Shown: piece after piece, positions 46,762-55,987 of the stretch
Numbering within the stretch: the stretch's first letter is position 1
How the letters are laid out: every line of letters begins with the position of its first letter
Origin: Acidimicrobiaceae bacterium
GTDB taxonomy: Bacteria > Actinomycetota > Acidimicrobiia > Acidimicrobiales > Aldehydirespiratoraceae
Length of the DNA stretch: 64,000 nucleotides
Assembly: GCA_009835735.1 (NCBI GenBank)
Contig: VXWX01000112.1
Span: forward strand, 1,994-65,993
Direction: 5' to 3'
Notes under the pieces: generated by a model
The model's database searches: none
What the model saw: only the letters and a program-made list of their open reading frames with translations
What the model was told of the DNA's origin: nothing
Position numbers and translations under genes: made by a program

Positions 46762-49620
46762 ATGCCCGCGCCGGACGCCGACACACCCCCGCACCGTTAC
46801 GACGCGACCCTCGCGGCCGACATCGAGAGTCGCTGGCAGGACCATTGGGAAGCGAGCGGCGCCTATGAGACACCCAACCCGGCCGGGGCGCTCTCGACGG
46901 GCCGTGGCTCGTCCGGCCCAAAGCTGTTCGTCATGGACATGTTCCCGTACCCGTCGGGATCGGGACTGCACGTCGGCCATCCGCTGGGCTACATCGCCAC
47001 CGACGTGTACGTCCGCTTCAAGCGGATGGCCGGATTCAACGTGCTGTACACGATGGGCTTCGACGCCTTCGGGCTGCCGGCGGAGGAGCATGCCCGCCAG
47101 ACCGGCCAGCACCCCCGCATCAACACCGAGGCCAACATCGACAACATGCGGCGCCAACTCGACCGGCTCGGTCTGGGCCACGACAAGCGACGCGGCGTCG
47201 CCACCACCGACATCGACTACTACCGCTGGACCCAGTGGATCTTCCTGCAGATCTTCAACTCATGGTTCGATCCCGGCGAGAGTCGGGCCCGGCCCATCGC
47301 CGAGCTGGTCGACGAGTTCTCCTCCGGCCGGAAGCCGGTGCCCGACGGCCGAGCCTGGGACGAGCTCAGCGAGGCCGAACAGCGAGAGGCGGTGGACTCC
47401 CATCGCCTGGCCTACGTGGCCGACGCCCCGGTCAACTGGTGCCCGGCGCTGGGCACGGTGCTGGCCAACGAGGAAGTCACCAACGAGGGCCGCTCCGAGC
47501 GGGGCAACCATGAGGTGTTCAAGCGCCCGCTGAAGCAGTGGATGATGCGCATAACCGCCTACGCCGACCGCCTGCTGGAGGACCTCGACCGGCTGGACTG
47601 GCCTGAGTCGGTCAAGACCATGCAGCGCAACTGGATCGGCCGCTCCGAGGGCGCCCTGATCTCGTTCCCGGCCGCCTATCGGGGTCCCTTCCCGTTAGCA
47701 GAGAAGTTTCGCCTCGAGGGTTCGGACATCCCGGCGATCGAGGTGTTCACTACCCGGCCCGACACGCTCTTCGGTACCACCTACATGGTGCTGGCCCCGG
47801 AGCATCCGCTCGTTGACGACCTGACTGCCTGGCAGTGGCCTGATGGCACTCCCGAGTTGTGGACCGGCGGTGCGGACACACCTGGCCAGGCCGTTGACGA
47901 GTACCGAGCCCGCGGCGCTGAGTTGAGCGACGCCGACCGCAGCGACTCCAAGACCGGGGTCTACCTGGGCTACGACGCCGTCGTGCCGTTCACCGACACC
48001 CGGGTGCCGGTGTTCATCGCCGACTACGTGCTTATGGGATACGGCACGGGCGCGGTGATGGGGGTGCCCGGCGAGGACCAGCGCGACCGCGAGTTCGCCG
48101 AGGCCTACGGCCTGCCCGTCATCCGCACCGTGCAGCCCCCGCCGGAGCATCCCGATGAGCTGGCGTACACGGGTGACGGCCCGTCGATCAACTCCCACTT
48201 CCTCGACGGCCTTGACGTGGCGGCGTCGAAGGCCCTGATTGTCGAGCGCCTCGTCGAGTCGGGATTCGGCCGTCCCACCGTCAACTACCGGATGCGGGAC
48301 TGGCTGTTCAGCCGGCAGCGCTACTGGGGGGAGCCGATACCGATCGTGTTCGACGATCTTGGACCGGTGGCCCTGCCCGAGGACATGCTGCCTCTGGAGC
48401 TGCCCGAGCTGACCGACTGGGCGCCCCGGGCCCTGGCCCGGGACTCCGAGCCGGAGCCGCCGCTGGGCCGGGTGACGGATTGGACCAGCATCGAGCTGGA
48501 TCTTGGCGACGGATCGTGCCACTACCGGCGGGAGTTGAACACGATGCCCCAGTGGGCCGGATCGTGCTGGTACTACCTGCGTTACCTCGATCCGCGCAAC
48601 GACGAGACCCTCGTCGATCCCGAGGTCGAGCGGTACTGGATGGCCGACCCGGAGACCGGCGGCGTGGGCGGCGTGGACCTCTATGTCGGCGGGGTCGAGC
48701 ATGCCGTGCTGCACCTGCTGTACGCCCGCTTTTGGCACAAAGTGCTCTACGACCTAGGCCATGTGAGCGGACCTGAGCCGTTCAAGCGCCTCATCAACCA
48801 GGGTTACATCCAGGCATACGCCTTCAAGGACTCCCGAGGGGTGTACGTGCCCGCCGAAGAGGTGGAGGGCTCCTTGGAGAAGGGCTTTTCCCATTCCGGC
48901 GAGCTCGTCAGCCGGGAACTCGGCAAGATGGGCAAGTCCCTCAAGAACTCGGTCACCCCCGACGACATGTACGCCTCCTACGGGGCCGACACCCTGCGCC
49001 TCTACGAGATGTTCATGGGGCCCATCGACCAGGACCGGCCCTGGGAGACACGATCCGTTGTGGGCTCCCAGCGGGTGCTGCAACGGGTGTGGCGCAACGT
49101 GGTCGACGAGGAGACCGGAGAGTTGCGGGTCAGCGACGAACTGCCGGACGACGATCTGCTCCGGCTGCTGCACCGCACCATCGACGGCGTCCGTTCCGAC
49201 ATGGAGGGCATGCGGTTCAATACCGCCATCGCCAAGCTGACCGAGCTCAACAACGAGCTCACCCGCCGGGGCACGGGCGCACCCCGCGAGGTGGCCGCGG
49301 TGATGGTGCGGATGCTGGCGCCGCTGGTTCCGCACTTTGCGGAGGAGCTGTGGCACCGCCTGCACGGCGAGGGCGCCGACTCCGTGATGCGAGCCGAGTT
49401 CCCCGCAGCCGACCCGGCCCTCTTGGTGGAGGACATCATCGAAGTGCCTGTGCAGGTCAACGGAAAGGTGCGGGGCCGGGTCCGGATCGGGGCCGATGCC
49501 GATGAGGAGACCGCGGTGGCCGCGGCCCTAGCCGAGCCGAACGTGGCTGCCCATGTAGGCGGCCGCGAGCTGCGCAAGCAGCTCTATGTACCCGGCCGCA
49601 TGATCACGCTGGTCGTGTGA
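46762..49620 (+). CDS. leuS: Leucyl-tRNA synthetase
   Basis: HVGHPLGY (HIGH) and KMGKSLKN (KMSKS) motifs, a CP1 editing-domain-sized insert and about 950 aa. ATG 46762 (alternative TTG 46753). Confidence 0.95.
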   Translation: MPAPDADTPPHRYDATLAADIESRWQDHWEASGAYETPNPAGALSTGRGSSGPKLFVMDMFPYPSGSGLHVGHPLGYIATDVYVRFKRMAGFNVLYTMGFDAFGLPAEEHARQTGQHPRINTEANIDNMRRQLDRLGLGHDKRRGVATTDIDYYRWTQWIFLQIFNSWFDPGESRARPIAELVDEFSSGRKPVPDGRAWDELSEAEQREAVDSHRLAYVADAPVNWCPALGTVLANEEVTNEGRSERGNHEVFKRPLKQWMMRITAYADRLLEDLDRLDWPESVKTMQRNWIGRSEGALISFPAAYRGPFPLAEKFRLEGSDIPAIEVFTTRPDTLFGTTYMVLAPEHPLVDDLTAWQWPDGTPELWTGGADTPGQAVDEYRARGAELSDADRSDSKTGVYLGYDAVVPFTDTRVPVFIADYVLMGYGTGAVMGVPGEDQRDREFAEAYGLPVIRTVQPPPEHPDELAYTGDGPSINSHFLDGLDVAASKALIVERLVESGFGRPTVNYRMRDWLFSRQRYWGEPIPIVFDDLGPVALPEDMLPLELPELTDWAPRALARDSEPEPPLGRVTDWTSIELDLGDGSCHYRRELNTMPQWAGSCWYYLRYLDPRNDETLVDPEVERYWMADPETGGVGGVDLYVGGVEHAVLHLLYARFWHKVLYDLGHVSGPEPFKRLINQGYIQAYAFKDSRGVYVPAEEVEGSLEKGFSHSGELVSRELGKMGKSLKNSVTPDDMYASYGADTLRLYEMFMGPIDQDRPWETRSVVGSQRVLQRVWRNVVDEETGELRVSDELPDDDLLRLLHRTIDGVRSDMEGMRFNTAIAKLTELNNELTRRGTGAPREVAAVMVRMLAPLVPHFAEELWHRLHGEGADSVMRAEFPAADPALLVEDIIEVPVQVNGKVRGRVRIGADADEETAVAAALAEPNVAAHVGGRELRKQLYVPGRMITLVV

Positions 49621-50810
49621 ACCGGCGCGAGCTATCGATCTCGCAGGCCCGACGGATAGCGCTCGCGGCTCAGGGCTTCACCGACCCGGTGCCGGCGGGG
49701 CGGGTGGACCGCCGCCATATGCGCCGGGTGATGGGCCGGGTCAAGCTGCTGCAGCTCGACTCGGTGCCGGTGGTCATCCGGACGCAGTACCTCCCGCCGT
49801 TCTCCCGGATGGGCTGCTACGAGCCGTCCCTGCTCGACCGGGTCGCCTACCGCGACGACGAGTGGTTCGAGGCATGGGCCCACGAGGCGTCGCTGCTGCC
49901 GGTGGAGGACGAGCCGCTGCTGCGCTGGCAAAAGCGACGGGCCGAGCAGGGCGAGACCTGGAGCAATCTGGTGGAGCTGGCCCGGAGCGAGTCCGGCTAC
50001 GTGGCCGAGGTGCTGGCTCAGGTGGAGGAGCGCCCCCTGACCGCGGGCGAGTTGGCCGATCCGCGCCGCCGCGACGGCGAATGGTGGGGGAGCCGGTCGC
50101 TCGGGTCCATAGCACTGGACTGGCTGTTCCGGATCGGCGCGGTCGGGATCCGGCGCCGGGGCAACTTCACCAAGGAGTTCGACCTGCTGGAGCGGATCGT
50201 GCCCGCCGAGGTGCTGGCCCAGCCGACGCCCACCGCCGAGGAGGCCCAGCGTGAGCTGCTGGTCCGCTCCGGCGCAGCCCTAGGCGTAGGTACGGCCACC
50301 GATCTCATCGACTACTACCGGCTCGCCGTGCGCGAGGGAAGGGCTCGGCTCCGAGAGGTAGTCGAGTCGGGACTTCTCGCCGAAGTCGCGGTCGAGGCCT
50401 GGTCCGAACCCGCCTACGTGCACCCGTCGGCGAGGCTTCCACGGTCGGTGGACGTGTTGACGGTGCTGTCGCCGTTCGACCCGATCGTATGGAACCGCGA
50501 TCGAGCGACCCGGCTGTGGAACTTCGACTACCGGATCGAGATCTACGTCCCGGCGTCCAAGCGGGTCTACGGCTACTACGTGCTACCAGTGCTGGACGGC
50601 GAGCGGCTGGTGGCTCGCCTCGACCTCAAGACCGACCGCACCGAAGGCGGGCTGCGAGTGCTGGGCGCATTCGCAGAGCCGGGCGTGGACCATGGCGAGC
50701 TGGCCGAGCGGCTCCGGCCGCACCTGATCGAGTTGGCGCGCTTCGTCGGCGTCGACGAGGTCCGCTACGGCGACCGCGGCGACCTCATGGCCGCACTGGA
50801 TCCCGGCTAG
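49617..50810 (+). CDS. YcaQ/AlkZ-like winged-helix protein (putative interstrand-crosslink DNA glycosylase family)
   Basis: N-terminal [14 protein letters not shown] pattern and about 400 aa, typical of DUF1006/YcaQ. The GTG overlaps the leuS stop. Confidence 0.6.
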   Translation: MNRRELSISQARRIALAAQGFTDPVPAGRVDRRHMRRVMGRVKLLQLDSVPVVIRTQYLPPFSRMGCYEPSLLDRVAYRDDEWFEAWAHEASLLPVEDEPLLRWQKRRAEQGETWSNLVELARSESGYVAEVLAQVEERPLTAGELADPRRRDGEWWGSRSLGSIALDWLFRIGAVGIRRRGNFTKEFDLLERIVPAEVLAQPTPTAEEAQRELLVRSGAALGVGTATDLIDYYRLAVREGRARLREVVESGLLAEVAVEAWSEPAYVHPSARLPRSVDVLTVLSPFDPIVWNRDRATRLWNFDYRIEIYVPASKRVYGYYVLPVLDGERLVARLDLKTDRTEGGLRVLGAFAEPGVDHGELAERLRPHLIELARFVGVDEVRYGDRGDLMAALDPG

Positions 50811-50821
50811 CGTTTCTAGCG

Positions 50822-51157
50822 GTGAGCTTTGCCGTTGAGCCTCCGGATCTGGCTTCGGTTGCGGCCGAGCACGGGCCGACGGCCTTCGTGCTGACCGTGG
50901 GTGACGACGGGCGGACCCGGATCATCCATGTGAAGGTCGAAGTCGACGAGCAGGGCGTGATCAAAGCGGTGGTCGGCCACGGTGCGGCGGCCAACGCAGT
51001 CGCCAGACCCGATGTGGTCGTGCTCTGGTCGCCGGCCGCCGACGGGTTCAGCCTCATCGCCGACGGGGTTGCCTCGGTGGACGGCGAGCCGAGGCCCGAC
51101 ACGCCGATCACGATCGAGGTCTTCTCCGCGGTCAGGCACCGTCCCGCCCCCGTCTGA
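50822..51157 (+). CDS. Small hypothetical protein (possibly PNPOx-like split-barrel)
   Basis: 111-aa ORF from a GTG, with coding-type GC3. The family assignment is weak. Confidence 0.4.
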   Translation: MSFAVEPPDLASVAAEHGPTAFVLTVGDDGRTRIIHVKVEVDEQGVIKAVVGHGAAANAVARPDVVVLWSPAADGFSLIADGVASVDGEPRPDTPITIEVFSAVRHRPAPV

Positions 51158-51168
51158 GAGCGGAGTTC

Positions 51169-51669
51169 GTGTCGTTCCTGATCCGGCGTCCGGCGGCCCG
51201 CTGCGTACTGCTCGACGGTGCCGGGCGGGTGTTCCTGATCCGATCGGAAGATCCGATCGACCCTCACAAGCCGGAGTGGCTCGAGATACCCGGCGGAGGT
51301 GTCGGCTACGGCGAGGACTCGGCTGCGGCCTGCCGGCGCGAGCTGCACGAGGAGACCGGCATCACCGACGTGGAGATGGGGCCGTGCGTATGGACCCAGT
51401 ACGTGGAGTACACGTTCTGCGGGATGCGTTTCGAGTCGCACGAGCGTATCCACGTGGCTTGGTGTGACGGAGGTGAATTCCGCCCCCGCGGTCTCGAAGC
51501 GCTCGAAGCGGCGGCCTTCATCGAAGCGGGCTGGTGGACGCTCGATGAGCTGCTGACCAACAACGAGCCCACGGTTCCCGCTCGCCTGAGGGAGTTCCTC
51601 CCTGCGGTAGTGGCCGGCGACCTGCTCGATCCGCCGATCGACATCTCGCCCGATCCGCCGGCGAGCTAG
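51169..51669 (+). CDS. NUDIX hydrolase
   Basis: Nudix box GGGVGYGEDSAAACRRELHEETGI. Confidence 0.85.
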   Translation: MSFLIRRPAARCVLLDGAGRVFLIRSEDPIDPHKPEWLEIPGGGVGYGEDSAAACRRELHEETGITDVEMGPCVWTQYVEYTFCGMRFESHERIHVAWCDGGEFRPRGLEALEAAAFIEAGWWTLDELLTNNEPTVPARLREFLPAVVAGDLLDPPIDISPDPPAS

Positions 51670-51684
51670 GCGCCGCGCCGGCGG

Positions 51685-51945
51685 CTACCAGTCGTCGTCG
51701 CGGTCGGCCCGATCGGCTGCGTTGACGCCGTAGCCGATGATTATCGACGGCAACAGCAGCAGGGACCCGGCCACCAAAGTGACTGCGGCGATCGTGGCCG
51801 GCGTGGTGGTGAAGCCGGTTACGAAGCCGGCCACGAACGCGGCCAGAGACATGCCGTACAACGAGTAGCCCAATCGCCGTCCCGTCCGGGCCAGGCGGGC
51901 CAGGCGCAGTCTCCGCTCGAGGACCGGGTCGTCGGATCCCGTCAT
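51685..51945 (-). CDS. Small membrane protein (two TM segments)
   Basis: 86-aa ORF. The ATG at 51945 overlaps the stop of the upstream lipoprotein gene. Two hydrophobic segments. Confidence 0.5.
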   Translation of the reverse strand: MTGSDDPVLERRLRLARLARTGRRLGYSLYGMSLAAFVAGFVTGFTTTPATIAAVTLVAGSLLLLPSIIIGYGVNAADRADRDDDW

Positions 51946-52610
51946 CGGGCCGTACCCCTGGCCGTTCCCGACACCGATTCGTCGTTGGGGTCGTACAGCC
52001 AGCAATGGACGCCGCGGTAGCGGGCTACTTCGTGCTCGAAGTTCGTGCGATTGGGCGTGAACACCCCGATGTCGTACACGGACAACTCGTAGATCTCCCC
52101 GACGAAGGCTTCGAACTGCTCGTAGCACACCCTCAGGGCGAAGCCACGCACCGCATCGTCGCCCGGGTAGATGGCAGGATCGGGAGCGTCCAGATCGAAG
52201 GTGTGGTACACCTCGCCCCAGTGGGGCTCGTCGCAGCCGATCCGGGCTGTGATCGCCAGCCGCCGACCCGCCTGCAGGCCCTCGAACCGGTTGAAGCAGT
52301 CACCCTCGACGAGGCTGTACTCGTTGATGATCTCTCCGGGGATGTCCAGAGGATCGAGCGGTCCCAGTTCGCCGGGACCGCCAGAGCCGCCGCCGGCGTC
52401 AGCAGCGGTGTCCGGCCTGGCCCCGCTTCCCCCCTCGAGAGCCGCCACGACATCGGCGGTGTTCGTGGGACCCGATGCAGCCACCGCCGCGGCCGGGTCG
52501 GTCACGCCCTCGTTCCCGTCCTGGGGCCCCCCGCTGCACCCTGCCAACAGCACCGCCACCACCACGGCGCCCAGAGGGGAACCGATAGACAGACGCGAAG
52601 CCAATCCCAT
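51942..52610 (-). CDS. Septum-formation-domain-like secreted lipoprotein
   Basis: Lipobox VLLAGCSG and a Cys-containing C-terminal domain (GDCF...IGCDEPHWGEVY...VCY...HCW). Start uncertain: 52610 or 52664. Confidence 0.55.
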   Translation of the reverse strand: MGLASRLSIGSPLGAVVVAVLLAGCSGGPQDGNEGVTDPAAAVAASGPTNTADVVAALEGGSGARPDTAADAGGGSGGPGELGPLDPLDIPGEIINEYSLVEGDCFNRFEGLQAGRRLAITARIGCDEPHWGEVYHTFDLDAPDPAIYPGDDAVRGFALRVCYEQFEAFVGEIYELSVYDIGVFTPNRTNFEHEVARYRGVHCWLYDPNDESVSGTARGTAR

Positions 52611-52692
52611 CGAGCCGAAGACTAGGAGCTTCCCTAGAGTGTGCGCCCGCTCGTAGAGTGACATCTCGAACCGCAGACCGTGGAGGCGTCCG

Positions 52693-53874
52693 ATGACAGA
52701 TCTGGGCTTCACCGCATTCGACGCCGACAACCACTACTACGAGGCCACCGACGCCTTCATTCGCCACGTCGACCCCAAGATGCACAAGCGCTGTATGCAG
52801 TGGGCCACGGTGGACGGGCGCGAGCGGCTGCTGGTGGCCGGTCGGATCAACCGCTTCATCCCCAACCCCACCTTCGATCCCGTGGCGAGGCCGGGCTGCC
52901 TCGACGACTACTTCAGGGGAAAGATCCCGGCCTCCGACATGCGGGCGGCCTTCGGCGAACTCAAGCCCATCTCGGCGGCCTACCGCGACCGCGACGCCCG
53001 CATCGATCTGCTGGATTCGCAAGGCCTGCAGGCGTGCTTCCTGTTCCCAACTCTGGGCGTGGGCATGGAGGCCGCCCTCGAGCACGACCCCGCCGCATTG
53101 ACGGCGGCGTTCGGAGGGTTCAACCGGTGGCTGGCCGACGACTGGGGGTTCGCCTACCGCGACCGCCTGTTCGCGGCCGGGTACCTGACGCTGGCCGACC
53201 CCGACTGGGCATTCGACGAGCTCGCCTGGCTGATCGCCAACGACGTGCGGGTGGTGAACATGCGACCCTCGTCGGTGCCCGACGGCGCCGGCGGCCGGCG
53301 CTCGCTGGGCCACCCCGCCCACGACAAGGTGTGGCAGCGGCTGGACGATCACGGCATCACGGTGGCCATGCACTCGGGCGACTCCGGCTACGGGTTCCTG
53401 CTGGAGCACTGGGGGGTGGACAGCGAGTTCGAGTCGTTCCGCTACAACGCCCTCAAGAGCATGCTCACCTACTCGCCGATTTCCGACGCGCTGGCCTCGC
53501 TGCTGGCCGAGGGCGTGCTGAGCCGGCACCGGAACCTGCGTGTCGCCACCATCGAGACCGGCTCGGAATGGGTATGGCCTTTCGTGAAGAAGCTCACCAA
53601 GACCTACCGCCAGCAACAGCACGCCTTCGAGGAGGATCCGCTGGAGGTGTTCCGGCGCCAGGTATGGATCTCTCCCTACTACGAGGACGACCTGCTCGCT
53701 CTGCGGGACCTCATCGGCGCCGACCACATGCTGTTCGGGTCGGACTTCCCCCACGCCGAGGGACTGGCCGATCCCGTGTCGTTCGTGCACGACCTCGCCG
53801 GGTTCTCCGACGACGAGATCGAGCAGGTGATGCGCACCAACGGGCTGTCGCTCACCCGAAGGGTCGCAGCCTGA
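52693..53874 (+). CDS. Amidohydrolase-2 (PF04909-like) family protein
   Basis: FDADNHYYE N-terminus and C-terminal FGSDFPHAEG motif. Confidence 0.7.
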   Translation: MTDLGFTAFDADNHYYEATDAFIRHVDPKMHKRCMQWATVDGRERLLVAGRINRFIPNPTFDPVARPGCLDDYFRGKIPASDMRAAFGELKPISAAYRDRDARIDLLDSQGLQACFLFPTLGVGMEAALEHDPAALTAAFGGFNRWLADDWGFAYRDRLFAAGYLTLADPDWAFDELAWLIANDVRVVNMRPSSVPDGAGGRRSLGHPAHDKVWQRLDDHGITVAMHSGDSGYGFLLEHWGVDSEFESFRYNALKSMLTYSPISDALASLLAEGVLSRHRNLRVATIETGSEWVWPFVKKLTKTYRQQQHAFEEDPLEVFRRQVWISPYYEDDLLALRDLIGADHMLFGSDFPHAEGLADPVSFVHDLAGFSDDEIEQVMRTNGLSLTRRVAA

Positions 53875-53899
53875 TCACCGACCGCGTCCCGGCCAACCG

Positions 53900-54520
53900 G
53901 TGAGCGCAGCTGCCCGGGTCGGCGGTGACGGACGGGTTCGGTGCTGGTGGCCGGGTGACGACGAGGGCTACATCGCCTATCACGACCGCGAATGGGGCCG
54001 CCCGGTAACCGACGACGACCGGCTGTTCGAGAAGCTCTGCCTCGAAGGCTTCCAGGCCGGACTGTCCTGGCTGACAATCCTGCGCAAGCGCAGCAACTTC
54101 CGGGCCGCATTCAGGGGCTTCGACATATCGGCCGTGGCCGCCTTCGAGCCAGGAGACGTCGAACGGCTGCTGGGTGATGCCGGCATCGTGCGCCACCGGG
54201 GCAAGATCGCCTCAGCCGTCAACAACGCCGGCAGAGCTCTGGAGGTGATCGAGGACTTCGGCTCGCTGGCGGCCTACATCTGGGGCTGGGAGCCGGCCCC
54301 GGGCGCCGCACCGCCGACCAGCAAGGAAGCGCTGCCGGCGTCCACCCCGGAGTCCGAAGCCCTGGCCAAGGACCTGAAGCGACGGGGATGGACCTTCGTC
54401 GGTCCCACCACCGTCTACGCCTTCATGCAGTCGATGGGCCTGGTCAACGATCACATCGAGGGCTGCTTCGCCCGCGGTGACTGCGAAGCAGAGCGGGCCG
54501 CCCTGGCTCGCCCCCAGTAG
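53900..54520 (+). CDS. tag: DNA-3-methyladenine glycosylase I
   Basis: RCWW...YHDREWGRP...LFEKLCLEGFQAGLSW, characteristic of Tag. Confidence 0.85.
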   Translation: MSAAARVGGDGRVRCWWPGDDEGYIAYHDREWGRPVTDDDRLFEKLCLEGFQAGLSWLTILRKRSNFRAAFRGFDISAVAAFEPGDVERLLGDAGIVRHRGKIASAVNNAGRALEVIEDFGSLAAYIWGWEPAPGAAPPTSKEALPASTPESEALAKDLKRRGWTFVGPTTVYAFMQSMGLVNDHIEGCFARGDCEAERAALARPQ

Positions 54521-54533
54521 CGGAGGGCCCTAA

Positions 54534-55916
54534 CTAGCCGGCCACCATTGGGATGGCGGGCATGCCCTCCCGGCGTCTCAGCAGGTCCACGGTCCGCTCG
54601 TGGATCTCGGTCAGCGCCTCCGACTCGTCCACACCGCAGATCTCGCCGCCGGAGACGCAGGCCCGACCCTGAACCCAGACGTCCCGCACGTCGCTGGAAC
54701 GGCCGGCGAACACGAGGTTCCACAGGATCGGGTCATGTCCCTCCGAGAGGGCCACGGGCAGCAGGTGAGGCTGCCACAGATCGACGGTGATCACATCGGC
54801 CTGCTTGCCGACCTCTATCGAGCCGACGGCCTCGCCAATACCGAGCAGCCGAGCGCCGTCGATGGTGGCCATCCGCAGCGCTTCGTCGGCACTCACCGCG
54901 GTGGCGTCCAGGCGGGCCACCTTCTGAAGCAGCGACCCGATCTTCATGCACTCCCACATGCTCACCGAGTTGTTGGAGATCCCGCCGTCGGTGCCGAGCC
55001 CGACCACAATCCCCTGGTCCCAGAATCTCTCCAGCGGTGCGGTTCCGCCAGCCAGCTTCATGTTGCTCACCGGGCAGTGGGCCACGCCCGTGCCGGTCTC
55101 GGCCAGCACCGCGATCTCGGCGTCGTCGACGTACACGCAATGGGCCAGCACCGAGCCCGGCCGCAGGATCCCGCGCTCGCTGAAGACGTGAACGGGCCGG
55201 TCGCCAAAAAGTTCGACCACCACGTCCACCTCCTCGCTCTGCTCGCTGGTGTGGGTGTGGATGCTCACCCCGTAGGTGTCGGCCAGCTCGCCCACCCGCC
55301 GGAACATCTGCTCCGAGCAGTAGGTGATGTGCTCCAGGCCCAGCCACACCCTGATCCGCCCGTCTTGGGAGTCGTGGCAGTCGCGGATCAGCTGCTCGCT
55401 CGTCTCAAGCGTCTCGAAGAAGTGCTTGGTCGGATGGTCGGCCGCGTAGGGCACCAGGTTCGCCCGCATGCCAAGCGCGGCCGCGGCCTCAGCGCCCTTG
55501 TGTGGGTACCGGTACATGTCCATGACGGTGGTGGTGCCGCCCTTGAGCGCCTCCATGTAGCTGACCAGGTACCCGTAGTAGGCATCATCGGGCGTGAGCA
55601 CCTGGTGCTCCCGCTGGTACTCGGGCAGCCAGTCCATCAACTGGGCGTTCTCGGAGTAGCCCTTGAGCAGGCTGGAGTGGCTGTGGGCGTCGATCAGCCC
55701 GGGCAGCACCGCCAGCCGGCCACCGGCGTCGATCACAGTTGCCGAGTCGGGTATCTCGACGCTGCCGGTCGGCCCTACGGCGGTTATCACGCCGTCGGAG
55801 AAGGCCACCGAGCCGGGGTTGAAGCTCCTGGAACCGTCGTCACAGCAGTAAACGACGGCGTTGACGATGACCGTCGCGGCCTGGGTGTCCGTCTGGGCGT
55901 CCATGGATCCTTCCAC
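54534..55916 (-). CDS. Amidohydrolase-superfamily deaminase-like protein (MtaD/SsnA/guanine-deaminase-like)
   Basis: LPGLIDAHSH metal-binding motif, later HTSE and HCV motifs, and GTDG near the C-terminal third. Confidence 0.7.
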   Translation of the reverse strand: MEGSMDAQTDTQAATVIVNAVVYCCDDGSRSFNPGSVAFSDGVITAVGPTGSVEIPDSATVIDAGGRLAVLPGLIDAHSHSSLLKGYSENAQLMDWLPEYQREHQVLTPDDAYYGYLVSYMEALKGGTTTVMDMYRYPHKGAEAAAALGMRANLVPYAADHPTKHFFETLETSEQLIRDCHDSQDGRIRVWLGLEHITYCSEQMFRRVGELADTYGVSIHTHTSEQSEEVDVVVELFGDRPVHVFSERGILRPGSVLAHCVYVDDAEIAVLAETGTGVAHCPVSNMKLAGGTAPLERFWDQGIVVGLGTDGGISNNSVSMWECMKIGSLLQKVARLDATAVSADEALRMATIDGARLLGIGEAVGSIEVGKQADVITVDLWQPHLLPVALSEGHDPILWNLVFAGRSSDVRDVWVQGRACVSGGEICGVDESEALTEIHERTVDLLRRREGMPAIPMVAG

Positions 55917-55987
55917 GGCCGAAGGTAGCCGGTTGCAGGTCCGGTGTCCGCGTGCGCGAGACTGCGGCGGAATTGAGGAGGCAGCCG

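Noticed and set aside
55952-55987. Twin-arginine (Tat) signal on the molybdoenzyme (ELRRQP)
   Set aside because: No hydrophobic h-region or signal-peptidase site follows. The RR lies upstream of the SD-supported ATG at 55988 and only about 25 residues before the FeS cluster motif.
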